DNA of 64,000 nt from Thermoanaerobaculia bacterium. GTDB taxonomy: Bacteria > Acidobacteriota > Thermoanaerobaculia > Multivoradales > UBA5704. Of the stretch, positions 37,448 through 46,317 are shown piece by piece. The DNA is taken from the NCBI GenBank assembly GCA_039918595.1, contig JBDSHF010000028.1, forward strand, positions 5,370 to 69,369, read 5' to 3'. Each line of letters begins with the position of its first letter. Position 1 is the stretch's first letter. The notes beneath the pieces are model-generated. The model saw nothing but the letters and a program-made list of their open reading frames with translations, did not search any database and had not been told where the DNA came from. A program made the translations under genes and the position numbers.

Positions 37448-38834
37448 GCACCCGCATCCGACGCTGCTCGCGCGGTTCGGCCGCGGCCGGCTGCAGCGCC
37501 ACCGGAACCGTGAGGTCGTACGGCACCTCCTCACCGACTGCGACGACTGCCGTCGCGTCACCTCCCATCTCCTTCCCACGGCTGATGTGTCGGCTCGCCT
37601 GGAGGAGGAGAGCGCTCCTCTGTCCGTCGACATGCCGGGCGCCGCCCAAGGTGATATGCCGGCGATCGAGTACGGCTCGGCCTTCGAGCGTTCCTGGCGC
37701 GAGGTCAAGCGGCTGCAGATCACCCTGGCGGCCGAGCGTTCGGAGGCTTTCGAGCTGATGCGCGAGCTGCTGACCCAGCCGTTCGAGCGCCAGTGGGAGA
37801 GCGTGACCGACGCCTCGCGGCAACCCACCTGGGCTTTTTGCGATCTGCTTCTGGATACCGCCCGGGAATGGGGCTTCCAGGAGCCGGGCCGGGCGCTGGA
37901 GCTGTCGCGGCTCGGCGTCGAGGTGGCGCAACGCCTCGATGGAGCGGCCTATGGCGAGTCGCGCGTCCACGACCTCGTCGCGCGCGCCTGGGCGGGCCTG
38001 GGCAACGCGCAGCGCATCCGGTCGGACTTTCCCGCAGCGGAGAAGAGCTTCGCCCGCGCCGAGCGGCTGCTCAAGAACGGCACCGGCGACCCGGTGGAGA
38101 AGGCCCAGGTGCTCCTGCTCAAGGCCTCGTTGCGCGGCAATCAGCAGCGCTTCCGCGAAGCCTTTCTGCTACTCGATCGGGTGATGTCGCTCGGCGACCA
38201 GTGCGACGATTCGCACCTGTGCGGCAAGGCGCTGATCATGCGCGGCTTCTTCCTCGGGCTCGCCAACGACCCGGAGGCCGCCATCCGTCATCTGACGGAA
38301 GGGCTGGAGAAGGTCGATCCCGCGGCCGATCCGCGCTTGGTGATCGTGGCTCAGCACAACCTGACCCTGTACCTGGCCGAGGGGGGCCGGTACTGCGAGG
38401 CCGTGCGGCTGCTCGAGAGCGCACGGCCGCTCTATTATCAGATCGGCGACCAGATGAGTCTCCTGCGCCTGCGCTGGCTGGAGGGGAAGATCGCCAGCGC
38501 CCTGGGGCACTTCACGGAAGCGGAGGAGTTCCTGCGCGGCGTGCAGAAAGAGCTGATCGAGCGCGAGCTCGGCTACGACGCCGCCCTGCTCTCCCTGGAT
38601 CTGGCCACCATCTACGCCCGCCAGGGACGGAGCGCCGAGATGCGGCGCCTGGCCGAGGAGATGCTCCCCATCTTCAAGTCGCAGGATATCCATCGGGAGG
38701 CCATCGCCGCGCTGTTCGTCTTCCAGAAGGCGGCGGAGATGGAGCGCGTCACCCTGGGGCTGATCCGGGACGTGACCGGCTATCTCAAAGAATCCCGCGC
38801 CACCTGGAGCCTCCGCTCCAGGGAATCCCGCTGA
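37440..38834 (+). CDS. Putative anti-sigma factor: ZAS-like zinc-finger N-terminus plus TPR-like body
   Basis: Its ATG overlaps the sigma gene stop by 8 nt. HLLTDCDDCRR motif. Paralog of 3098, 40508 and 41907. Confidence 0.7.
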   Translation: MNKHPHPTLLARFGRGRLQRHRNREVVRHLLTDCDDCRRVTSHLLPTADVSARLEEESAPLSVDMPGAAQGDMPAIEYGSAFERSWREVKRLQITLAAERSEAFELMRELLTQPFERQWESVTDASRQPTWAFCDLLLDTAREWGFQEPGRALELSRLGVEVAQRLDGAAYGESRVHDLVARAWAGLGNAQRIRSDFPAAEKSFARAERLLKNGTGDPVEKAQVLLLKASLRGNQQRFREAFLLLDRVMSLGDQCDDSHLCGKALIMRGFFLGLANDPEAAIRHLTEGLEKVDPAADPRLVIVAQHNLTLYLAEGGRYCEAVRLLESARPLYYQIGDQMSLLRLRWLEGKIASALGHFTEAEEFLRGVQKELIERELGYDAALLSLDLATIYARQGRSAEMRRLAEEMLPIFKSQDIHREAIAALFVFQKAAEMERVTLGLIRDVTGYLKESRATWSLRSRESR

Positions 38835-38950
38835 GATCCTCTTCCTTCGCTCGGGAGGCGCGGAGCCTCCCCTCATCGATCTTCTCCCGCCGCTGGACAA
38901 GCTGTGGAAGGGGCTGATACGCTGAGATATTCGGTACACTTAGGCACTAG

Positions 38951-39478
38951 ATGAATTCTTCGGTCCCACCCGATCTGGCGGAGCCTTCCTTCGAGGAGAT
39001 CCTCGCGCGGGCCGAGCCCAGGCTCAAGCGGGTCTTGAGCCGCTATCAAATTCCCGCCCAGGACGCCGACGACCTGCTGCAGGAGACCTTCCTGATCATG
39101 GTCTCCAAAGCGGGGAGCATCCGGAACTACGATGCCTGGCTCGTGGGGACCCTCGCTAATCGCTGCATCATCTACTGGCGGAAGCACCGTTCGAAGCTCT
39201 GGGACCTGGTCGACTCCGCCATTCTCGAGCTGCTGGCCGACGTCGAGGCTCCCCCCCAGGAGAACGCCGATCTGCGGTATGACCTCGACTCCCTGCTTTC
39301 CAACTTGCCGGACCGTTGCCGCTCCCTGCTCCGCCTTCGCTATGGATTCGGCTGCAGCACTGCCGAGACGGCGGAGCGGATGGGCTATTGCAAGTCGAGC
39401 ATCCGGAAGGTGACCCGCCGCTGCCTGGCGGCGTTGACCGAGCAGCTCCTCGGGGCCGGCTTCCAGCCCGATCCCTGA
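38951..39478 (+). CDS. ECF-type sigma factor (paralog)
   Basis: DADDLLQETFLIMVSK... and RCRSLLRLRYGFGCSTAETAERMGYCKSSIRKVTRRCLAAL. Confidence 0.8.
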   Translation: MNSSVPPDLAEPSFEEILARAEPRLKRVLSRYQIPAQDADDLLQETFLIMVSKAGSIRNYDAWLVGTLANRCIIYWRKHRSKLWDLVDSAILELLADVEAPPQENADLRYDLDSLLSNLPDRCRSLLRLRYGFGCSTAETAERMGYCKSSIRKVTRRCLAALTEQLLGAGFQPDP

Positions 39479-39644
39479 CCCCCGATCCCCTCAGCCGGTC
39501 CCTCCGGATGCCGTGCGGCATCCGGAGGGAACCCGTTCTTCTTCTCCTGTGTCCTCTGAGACGACCCTGCGGTAACTCTACTTCAGAGCGCACACATGCC
39601 TATGGCTATTCGGCCACACAGGCGATTAGGAAAAGGAGATCGTC

Positions 39645-39866
39645 ATGGTTCATCCGAAGCTTCGCCACGTCCTCGCCGCCTCGGCACTGGTAGCTGCCGT
39701 TTCGCTGGTCCCGGTCGCCAGCGCCAATGCCGCCGTCCACGAACGGGCGCACCGGATCTCCGCCGCCGCTTCCCGGGTCGAGGCCGGGGCTTCGTGGCTG
39801 CGGGATCTGGTGAACCATGTCCTGGTGAAGGTCGGAGTGAGGATCGACCCCGACGGAGATCACTGA
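39645..39866 (+). CDS. Small secreted protein (73 aa, signal peptide) embedded in the sigma/anti-sigma array
   Basis: RBS AAAAGGAG 6 nt before the ATG. N-terminal KLRHVLAASALVAAVSLVPVASANA with an AxA cleavage-like site. Confidence 0.5.
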   Translation: MVHPKLRHVLAASALVAAVSLVPVASANAAVHERAHRISAAASRVEAGASWLRDLVNHVLVKVGVRIDPDGDH

Positions 39867-39980
39867 CGCCCACGGCGAGGTACGGCAAAAACGCGCGGCG
39901 GGAAGGGTTTTTGGCTGGACACTGTTCCGGTATGGTGTTAGTGTGTCACGAAGTTTAGAATAGACGTTCAACCGCATAAG

Positions 39981-40511
39981 ATGAGTGCACTGGACCACCC
40001 CCAAGTCGAGTCGTCGCTTGAGGGCTTTCTCGAGAAGGTCCGGCCCCGTCTGAAGTCGCTGTTCGCCCACTACCGGATCCCGCCACAGGACACGGAGGAC
40101 ATTTTGCAGCAGGCGCTGCTGGCCCTGATCTATCACCGCGAGGGGATCCGGGACTCGGAAGCGTGGCTGCTGGGAACCCTCCGCAACAAGTGTCTCCTGT
40201 ACTGGCGGGAGCGGCGGCGCAAGCTCTATGACGCCGTCGACGCCGCGGTTCTCGAGGCGATGGCCGAGCCGATCGAGCCCGCCCAGGAGGGGGCGGACCT
40301 CCATCGGGATCTGACCACCGCTCTCGAGCACCTGCCGGAGCGCTGCCGGTCGTTGCTCTGGCTGCGGTACCGCCAGGGGTACGATCCGCCGGAGGTTGCG
40401 GTGCGGCTGGGCTACAGCCCGGCGAGCATCAGCAAGGTCACCACGAGGTGCCTCGCCGCGCTGACGCGGCAGCTGGTCACCGCTGGGATCTACCGGAGGA
40501 AAGCGGAATGA
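39981..40511 (+). CDS. ECF-type sigma factor (paralog)
   Basis: DTEDILQQALLALIYHREGI... and RCRSLLWLRYRQGYDPPEVAVRLGYSPASISKVTTRCLAAL. Confidence 0.8.
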   Translation: MSALDHPQVESSLEGFLEKVRPRLKSLFAHYRIPPQDTEDILQQALLALIYHREGIRDSEAWLLGTLRNKCLLYWRERRRKLYDAVDAAVLEAMAEPIEPAQEGADLHRDLTTALEHLPERCRSLLWLRYRQGYDPPEVAVRLGYSPASISKVTTRCLAALTRQLVTAGIYRRKAE

Positions 40512-41887
40512 CCGGCCCTCATCCGACAGCCGGCGCGCTCGAGCAGTTCGTGCTCGGGCAGCTCGCCCCGGCGGAGATGCGCGAGGTCGCCCGTCACCTG
40601 CTCACCGGCTGCCTGTTCTGCCAGGAGATCACCGCCAACCTCTGGGAGCCCGCCGATATCTTCGAGGACCCGCAGACGCTCGCCACGGTTGAGCTCGGGG
40701 CCATGGACGCCCGGGACAGCTACGACGCGATCCTCGACCGGGTTTTCGAGAAGGTCGTCGCCACCGAGTCCCTGCTTGCGGAGCAGCGATCGCTGGGGCG
40801 CAAGCTCTACGAGGAGCTGCTGCAGTGTCCGGCGGAGCGCCGGCAGTTGCTGCTGGTCAACAGCCAGCGCTTCCGCAACCGGATGCTCTGCGAGCGGCTC
40901 GTCGAGAGCAGCTACGAGGCCTGCTTCGAGGAACCCCGCCGCGCGATCGAGATGGCCCAGCTGGCGGTTTCGTCCGCGGACCGTCTGACCGTGGAGGATT
41001 GCGGTGGGGAAGAGGCGCTCGCCGGGCTGCGAGCCCGGGCCTGGGCCCATCTCGGCAACGCTTTCCGGACCAACTTCGACCTCGCGAGCTCCGAGGGCGC
41101 GTTCGCGGTCGTCGAGACCCTGCTCGACGAGAGCCGCATCACCCTGTTCGAGAAGGCGAAGGTGCTCTCCTTTCTGGCCTCCTGGCGAAAGGCGCAGCAG
41201 CGGTTCGGCGAGGCCCTCCAGATCTTCGACCGCGTCGCCGCGATCTACAAGAAGCTTGGGCAGTGGAACCTCCTCGGCCGTACGCTCCTCCAGAAGGCGC
41301 TGGTCTGCGGCGAAGCGGGCGACGGCGAGGGGGAAATGACGCTGCTGCGGCGGGCCCTCGATCTGATCGATCCGCAGGCCGATCCCCGCGTCTTCCTGGC
41401 CGCCCGTCACAACCTGATCAACGCCCTCTATGAGAGCGGCCGGGTGCGCGAGGCGTTCGCCTTGCTGTACCACACGCGCCCTCTCTACCTGAAGGCTGGC
41501 GACCGCATGAACCTGCTGAAGCTCCGCTGGCTCGAGGGGCTGGTGGCTTTCGGCCTGCACCGTATCGAGCAGGCCGAGGCGGCGTTCCGCGAGGTCCGCG
41601 ATTCTTTTCTCGAGCTCGGCCTCGACTATGACGCCGCGCTGGCCTCCCTCGACCTTGCCGGCGTGTACATCGTGCAGGGGCGCTCCGCCGACGTGAGCCG
41701 CGTCGCCGAGGAGACCCTGGCGATCTTCCACTCCTATAACACCCACCGCGAGGCGATGGCGGCGCTCCTGGTCTTCTGCGGCACCGCCCGCTTGAATCAG
41801 GCGCGCATCGAGCTCGTCCGCGAGGTCTCCAGTTTTCTCAAACGGGTGCGCAACAACCCGGATCTCCGCTTCCCTCAGCCTTCCTGA
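40508..41887 (+). CDS. Putative anti-sigma factor, ZAS-like plus TPR-like (paralog)
   Basis: Its ATG overlaps the sigma TGA (ATGA). HLLTGCLFCQEI motif. Conserved blocks shared with 3098 and 37440. Confidence 0.7.
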   Translation: MTGPHPTAGALEQFVLGQLAPAEMREVARHLLTGCLFCQEITANLWEPADIFEDPQTLATVELGAMDARDSYDAILDRVFEKVVATESLLAEQRSLGRKLYEELLQCPAERRQLLLVNSQRFRNRMLCERLVESSYEACFEEPRRAIEMAQLAVSSADRLTVEDCGGEEALAGLRARAWAHLGNAFRTNFDLASSEGAFAVVETLLDESRITLFEKAKVLSFLASWRKAQQRFGEALQIFDRVAAIYKKLGQWNLLGRTLLQKALVCGEAGDGEGEMTLLRRALDLIDPQADPRVFLAARHNLINALYESGRVREAFALLYHTRPLYLKAGDRMNLLKLRWLEGLVAFGLHRIEQAEAAFREVRDSFLELGLDYDAALASLDLAGVYIVQGRSADVSRVAEETLAIFHSYNTHREAMAALLVFCGTARLNQARIELVREVSSFLKRVRNNPDLRFPQPS

Positions 41888-41906
41888 GCTGCCCGTCCGG
41901 CAGCGC

Positions 41907-43247
41907 GTGTCGTTTTGTTGCGGCCGTTCTGCTAAAATGTTGTCAGTGCATAATTCTGACGAGCACTCACGATTTCTGCGGGGTGAGCTGAACACCGGAG
42001 AGAACCGCCGGGTCGTTCGCCATTTGCTGGCCCGGCGGGGGAGCCGGCAGCCGCCCTCGGGCGCATGCTCGGCGGCGGCCGATTACAGCCAGGCGTTCGG
42101 CGGCCTCGTCTCCCATCTGGCGGATCACACCCGGACGCTCGCGCGCGAGCGACAGCGTCTCCCCGGGTTGATTGAACTCCTGCGCGACCTGCCGCCCTCC
42201 GCTTGGCACGACCTTTTAGGCTCCGATCCGTCGTTCCACAACTGGCCGTTCGGCGAGTGGCTGATCGAGGAGAGCCGTAATCTCGCCGACTCCGATCCGG
42301 GCCGCGCCGGAGAGCTGGCGACCGACGCCCTGCTGATCATGGAGGCGCTGATCCCCGGAACCTATGGGACCGCTCTCATCGAAGACTTCAAGGCACGGGC
42401 GTGGGCGGCCAGGGGCGAGGCGCTACGGCGGCTCTCCGACTTGCGCGGGGCCGAGGATGCATTCGCCAGCGCCGAAGAGTGCCTCCTCGAGGGGACGGAA
42501 GATCCCCTGGAAGAGGCTCGGATTCTCGAGCTCAAGGCGGCGCTATATCGCGATCAGCGGCGGGTGGAGAAGGCGCATCTCCTGCTCGACGACGTCATCG
42601 CCATCTACCGGCAGTACCGCGATCCCCATCTCCTGGGCCGGGCTTTCATTCAGAAGGGGCGTGTCGAGGGAAAAGTGAACGCCCTGGAGCCGGCGATCCG
42701 GTGGCTGCGCAAGGGGCTCGGACTGATCGATCCGGCGCGCGAGCGGTCCCTCGACCTCTCGGCCCGGCACAGCCTCATGCTCTACCTGAACGAGAGCGGC
42801 CGCCCCCGGGAGGCCCGCTTCCTGCTCAAGGCTTCGGGACTCGATTTCCTGCGGCACGGCAACCCCCTGCTGAACCTCCGGCTCCGCTGGCTCGAAGGCA
42901 AGATCTACGACTCCCTCGGCTTCCTGGGAGAAGCGGAGAAGGCGCTGATCGACGCCCGCCAGGGGTTCGCCGACCTCGGGGTCGGCTTCAGCGCCGCCGC
43001 CGTCTCCCTGGACCTCGCCGGCCTCTACGCGGTCCATGGACGCGCCGCGGAGCTGAGGAGCCTTGCCGAAGAGATGCTGCCGATCTTCCAGTCGCGCGAC
43101 CTTCAGCAGGAGACGATCGCCGCCCTCCTGGCGTTCCAGCAGGCGGCGCGGATGGAGAGGATGATTGAGACGAAGATAAACGCCGAGATCCTGGCCTGTC
43201 TCGACCGCGCCCGCCAGGATCCGAAGCTTCGCCTCGAGCCCCTCTGA
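41907..43247 (+). CDS. TPR-like paralog with degenerate zinc motif (second tandem copy)
   Basis: HLLARRGSRQ replaces the Cys pair. The rest is homologous (LKAALYRDQRRVEKAHLLLDDV; QETIAALLAFQQAARMERM). Confidence 0.65.
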   Translation: MSFCCGRSAKMLSVHNSDEHSRFLRGELNTGENRRVVRHLLARRGSRQPPSGACSAAADYSQAFGGLVSHLADHTRTLARERQRLPGLIELLRDLPPSAWHDLLGSDPSFHNWPFGEWLIEESRNLADSDPGRAGELATDALLIMEALIPGTYGTALIEDFKARAWAARGEALRRLSDLRGAEDAFASAEECLLEGTEDPLEEARILELKAALYRDQRRVEKAHLLLDDVIAIYRQYRDPHLLGRAFIQKGRVEGKVNALEPAIRWLRKGLGLIDPARERSLDLSARHSLMLYLNESGRPREARFLLKASGLDFLRHGNPLLNLRLRWLEGKIYDSLGFLGEAEKALIDARQGFADLGVGFSAAAVSLDLAGLYAVHGRAAELRSLAEEMLPIFQSRDLQQETIAALLAFQQAARMERMIETKINAEILACLDRARQDPKLRLEPL

Positions 43248-43263
43248 ATCCGCCGCTTCCGCC

Positions 43264-45702
43264 TTACGTCCTCACACCCAGGAACAGATAGCCCGCGAGC
43301 AGCGAGAAGACCGCTCCAGGGCTCCAGACCGCCACGATCGGCGGCAGGGCGCCCGCCGCGCCGAGCTTGGTGAAGAAGGCGTAGATCGCCAGAAAGGCGA
43401 AGCCCAGGACCAGGGAGAGCCCGATGCCGTAGAGCGCCCCCTGCCGCCCGAGGCGGAAGGCGAAGGGGAGGGCGACCAGCGACATGATCAGCGAGGCCAC
43501 GGGCAGCGCGATTTTGTCCTCCAGCTCGACCTCCAACTCGGGGACCGACTGGCCGCTCTCCTTCAGCTCCTGAATGTACCCCTTGAGCTCGCCGTAGCGC
43601 ATCTGCTCCGGGGGGCGGATCTCGGAGTCGAAGTAGGCCGGCGTCTCGGGATAGCGGACGATCTTCGGCTCCTTGAACCGCGCGTAGCTGGTGACGTCCA
43701 CCCCTTTGAACGAGCGTGCCCAGCCGTTGTTGAACACCCAGGCGTCGCCGATGTAGTGGGCCTCCTCGGTGAAGAGGCGGCGCGTCAGCCGGTGCTGATC
43801 GTCGAAGTCGAACACCTGCAACCGCTGCAGACTCGCCCGCGCCGGGTCGTAGTGGGTGTAGTTGTAGATATACCGCCCTTGGCCGAAGAGCCACTGGCGA
43901 TCGGCGCGCCGGTAGGTGCGGGCGGTCTCCCGGCCGTGAATCTGGTCCTTGAGCTTCGCCACCTTCTCGTTCGAGGCCGGCAGGATCGCCGACTCCAGAT
44001 AGCCGCAGAAGAGGCTCACCAGCAGCGCCGAGAACACCGCCGGCAGAGCGATGCGGTAGAGGCTCAACCCCAGCGACTTGCAGGCGGTGATCTCGTTCGT
44101 CCGCGCCAGCAGGCTGAAGGTCAGCAGCGTCGAGACCAGGATCACGATCGGGGCGATCTCGTAGAACATTTGCAGCGACAGGTACTTGTAATAGCTCAGC
44201 AGCACCCCGGTAGCGACCTTGTTTTTCAGCAGCTCGTCGAAGTTCTCCGACAGGTCGAAGATGATGACGAGAGCGAGCCCGGAGAGGACGACCAGCACGA
44301 AGACCCAGCCGAACAGCCGCGCAACATAGCGGTCGAGGAGGTTCGGGAAGACGATTCGCAGGCGGGGGAGGAGGAACACCAGCCGCGGGATGCGGGCCTC
44401 GGTCTGCTTCTTCGGGCGCTCGGCCCTGCGGCGCTGCCGCTCCGCCCTGAGCTCCCGCCGCCGTTCCCGGCGGATCCCCTTGAGGGCCTGGATCCCCCCC
44501 CAGACGTCCTCCCGGATCCAGCGGTCGATGCGGGTCAGCAGCAGGCTCTTGTCCCGGTTGCGCCGGATCAGGAGGAAGACTCCGAGGGTTGCCAGCAGGA
44601 TGTTCGGCGACCACATCGCCAGCCAGGCCGGGATCTTGCCGAAGCGCGCCGCTTCCTCGCCGTTGTTGAGCAGAACGTAGTAGACGATCAGGATGGCGAT
44701 CGACAGCGCGAAGCCGGAAGCCTTGCCGCCGCGGCGGTTGTTGATCCCCAGCGGCAGGGCGAAGAGCCCGAAGACCATGCAGGCGACCGGGATCGCGAAC
44801 TTCTTGTGGATCTCGACCCGGGCGAGGTTGCGCTGCTCGGAGTCGGTCGCGGAGTCGCGCTCGAGGTCGCGGAGCTCCCGGAGGTTAAGCTCGCGAATCC
44901 CCTTGGACGCCGAGATCTTGGCCTTCTGCCCGGTGGTGAACTGGTCGTCGAGGACGAGGTCGAGCCGCCGGTGGCGGCTGATCTCATAGCGGTCGGGGGA
45001 GTAGAGGTCCACCTTCTGCTGGATGGCGTTGTACAGCCGCAGGACCACCCGTTCGCCGGCCTGGTCGACCAGGATCTCCCCCCAGTCCGCGGTGGTGATC
45101 TGATTCCGCTCGCTCGACGGGATCGACTCGGCGAGGAAGACCCCCTTCCATCGTTTGCCGCCGGGGGGGACCTCGAAGACATAGACGACCTTGCCCTCCC
45201 ATTCCTCGTAGAACACCCGCGGCTCGACCTGCTGCGACACCGTCTGGGTGGTGATCTCGAGCCGCAGTTCCTGGAGGGAATGGTTGCCCCAGGGGAGCAC
45301 GTAGATCATCAGCAGCGCGTTGAGGACGGTCAGCACCCCGGAGAGCAGCAGGATGGGCCGGTAGAGGGTCAGCAGGCTCACCCCCGAGGCCCGCATGGCG
45401 ATCAGCTCGCTGTCGGACGACAGCCGGCCGACCGCGATCAGGGTGCCGAACAGGAGCGACATCGGGAGGGTGAGGACGACGATGTTTGGCAGGGTCAGCA
45501 GCAGGAGCCGGCCGACGATCGACACCGGCAGTCCGCGGCGGATGATCATCTCGGCGGACGCGAAGAGAAAGCGCAGGAGCAGGATGAAGGTATAGACCAG
45601 GAACCCCAGCCCGAGGGGGCCGAGGATCTCCGTCATCAGGTAGCGATCGAGCTTCCGCACGGGCGTCACTATACCTTGGGAAAGATATAGTGGGACAGCC
45701 AT
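43264..45702 (-). CDS. lptFG: LPS export ABC permease, fused LptF-LptG (YjgP/YjgQ family) in one 812-aa ORF
   Basis: Two tandem YjgP/YjgQ-like halves, each with an N-terminal TM bundle, a periplasmic beta-jellyroll region and C-terminal TMs (e.g. LMTEILGPLGLGFLVYTFILL...). Confidence 0.7.
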   Translation of the reverse strand: MAVPLYLSQGIVTPVRKLDRYLMTEILGPLGLGFLVYTFILLLRFLFASAEMIIRRGLPVSIVGRLLLLTLPNIVVLTLPMSLLFGTLIAVGRLSSDSELIAMRASGVSLLTLYRPILLLSGVLTVLNALLMIYVLPWGNHSLQELRLEITTQTVSQQVEPRVFYEEWEGKVVYVFEVPPGGKRWKGVFLAESIPSSERNQITTADWGEILVDQAGERVVLRLYNAIQQKVDLYSPDRYEISRHRRLDLVLDDQFTTGQKAKISASKGIRELNLRELRDLERDSATDSEQRNLARVEIHKKFAIPVACMVFGLFALPLGINNRRGGKASGFALSIAILIVYYVLLNNGEEAARFGKIPAWLAMWSPNILLATLGVFLLIRRNRDKSLLLTRIDRWIREDVWGGIQALKGIRRERRRELRAERQRRRAERPKKQTEARIPRLVFLLPRLRIVFPNLLDRYVARLFGWVFVLVVLSGLALVIIFDLSENFDELLKNKVATGVLLSYYKYLSLQMFYEIAPIVILVSTLLTFSLLARTNEITACKSLGLSLYRIALPAVFSALLVSLFCGYLESAILPASNEKVAKLKDQIHGRETARTYRRADRQWLFGQGRYIYNYTHYDPARASLQRLQVFDFDDQHRLTRRLFTEEAHYIGDAWVFNNGWARSFKGVDVTSYARFKEPKIVRYPETPAYFDSEIRPPEQMRYGELKGYIQELKESGQSVPELEVELEDKIALPVASLIMSLVALPFAFRLGRQGALYGIGLSLVLGFAFLAIYAFFTKLGAAGALPPIVAVWSPGAVFSLLAGYLFLGVRT

Positions 45703-46120
45703 GAAGATCGCCCTCGAACGCCGCTATCGATTCAGCGCCAGCCACCTGTACCGCCGCCCGGATTGGAGCGAGGCCGAGAACCGGACCCGCTTCGGCAAAT
45801 GCGCCAACCTGCCGGGGCACGGCCACAACTACCGCCTGTACGTCACCGTGGGCGGGGAGATCGACCCGGCCACCGGCTTCGTGGTCGACCTCGGCGCGCT
45901 CGATGCGCTGGTCCAGGAGCGCGTCGTCGAGCGGCTCGACCATCAGCACCTCAACGCCGCGCTGCCGGAATTCGGAGCCGGGGGAGCGATCCCTTCCAGC
46001 GAGAATCTCGTCCGCTGGATCTACGAGCAGCTCGCGGACCGGCTGCCGTCCGGCAGCCACCTGGCAAAGCTCCGCCTCGAAGAAGACGAAGACCTCGCCG
46101 CCGAGTGGACCGCCGGCTGA
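45701..46120 (+). CDS. queD: 6-carboxy-5,6,7,8-tetrahydropterin synthase
   Basis: CANLPGHGHNYRLYVTVGGEIDPATGFVVDLGAL is the PTPS/QueD signature (Cys, His-x-His). Confidence 0.8.
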   Translation: MKIALERRYRFSASHLYRRPDWSEAENRTRFGKCANLPGHGHNYRLYVTVGGEIDPATGFVVDLGALDALVQERVVERLDHQHLNAALPEFGAGGAIPSSENLVRWIYEQLADRLPSGSHLAKLRLEEDEDLAAEWTAG

Positions 46121-46207
46121 GAAGCCGATGGCCAAATGCCGGCTCGGTCGCGGCCGTATATTAACATAATACACCTTATCGGCTTTTTGTGTGTGGCGGG
46201 GAAACCC

Positions 46208-46309
46208 CGGACGAACAGGGACGGACAAGGACGGACAAGGACTAACAGGACAATCAGAGACTCCAGGATCTGGCGTCCCTGATCGTCCTTGTTAGTCCCT
46301 GTTCGTCCG
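46208..46309. repeat. Imperfect long inverted repeat containing tandem ggacggacaagg units, between convergent queD and parB
   Basis: The left arm ggacgaacagggac...ggactaacaggac and the right arm gtccctgatcgtccttgttagtccctgttcgtcc are reverse complements with a few indels. Confidence 0.45.
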
Positions 46310-46317
46310 TGATTTTC

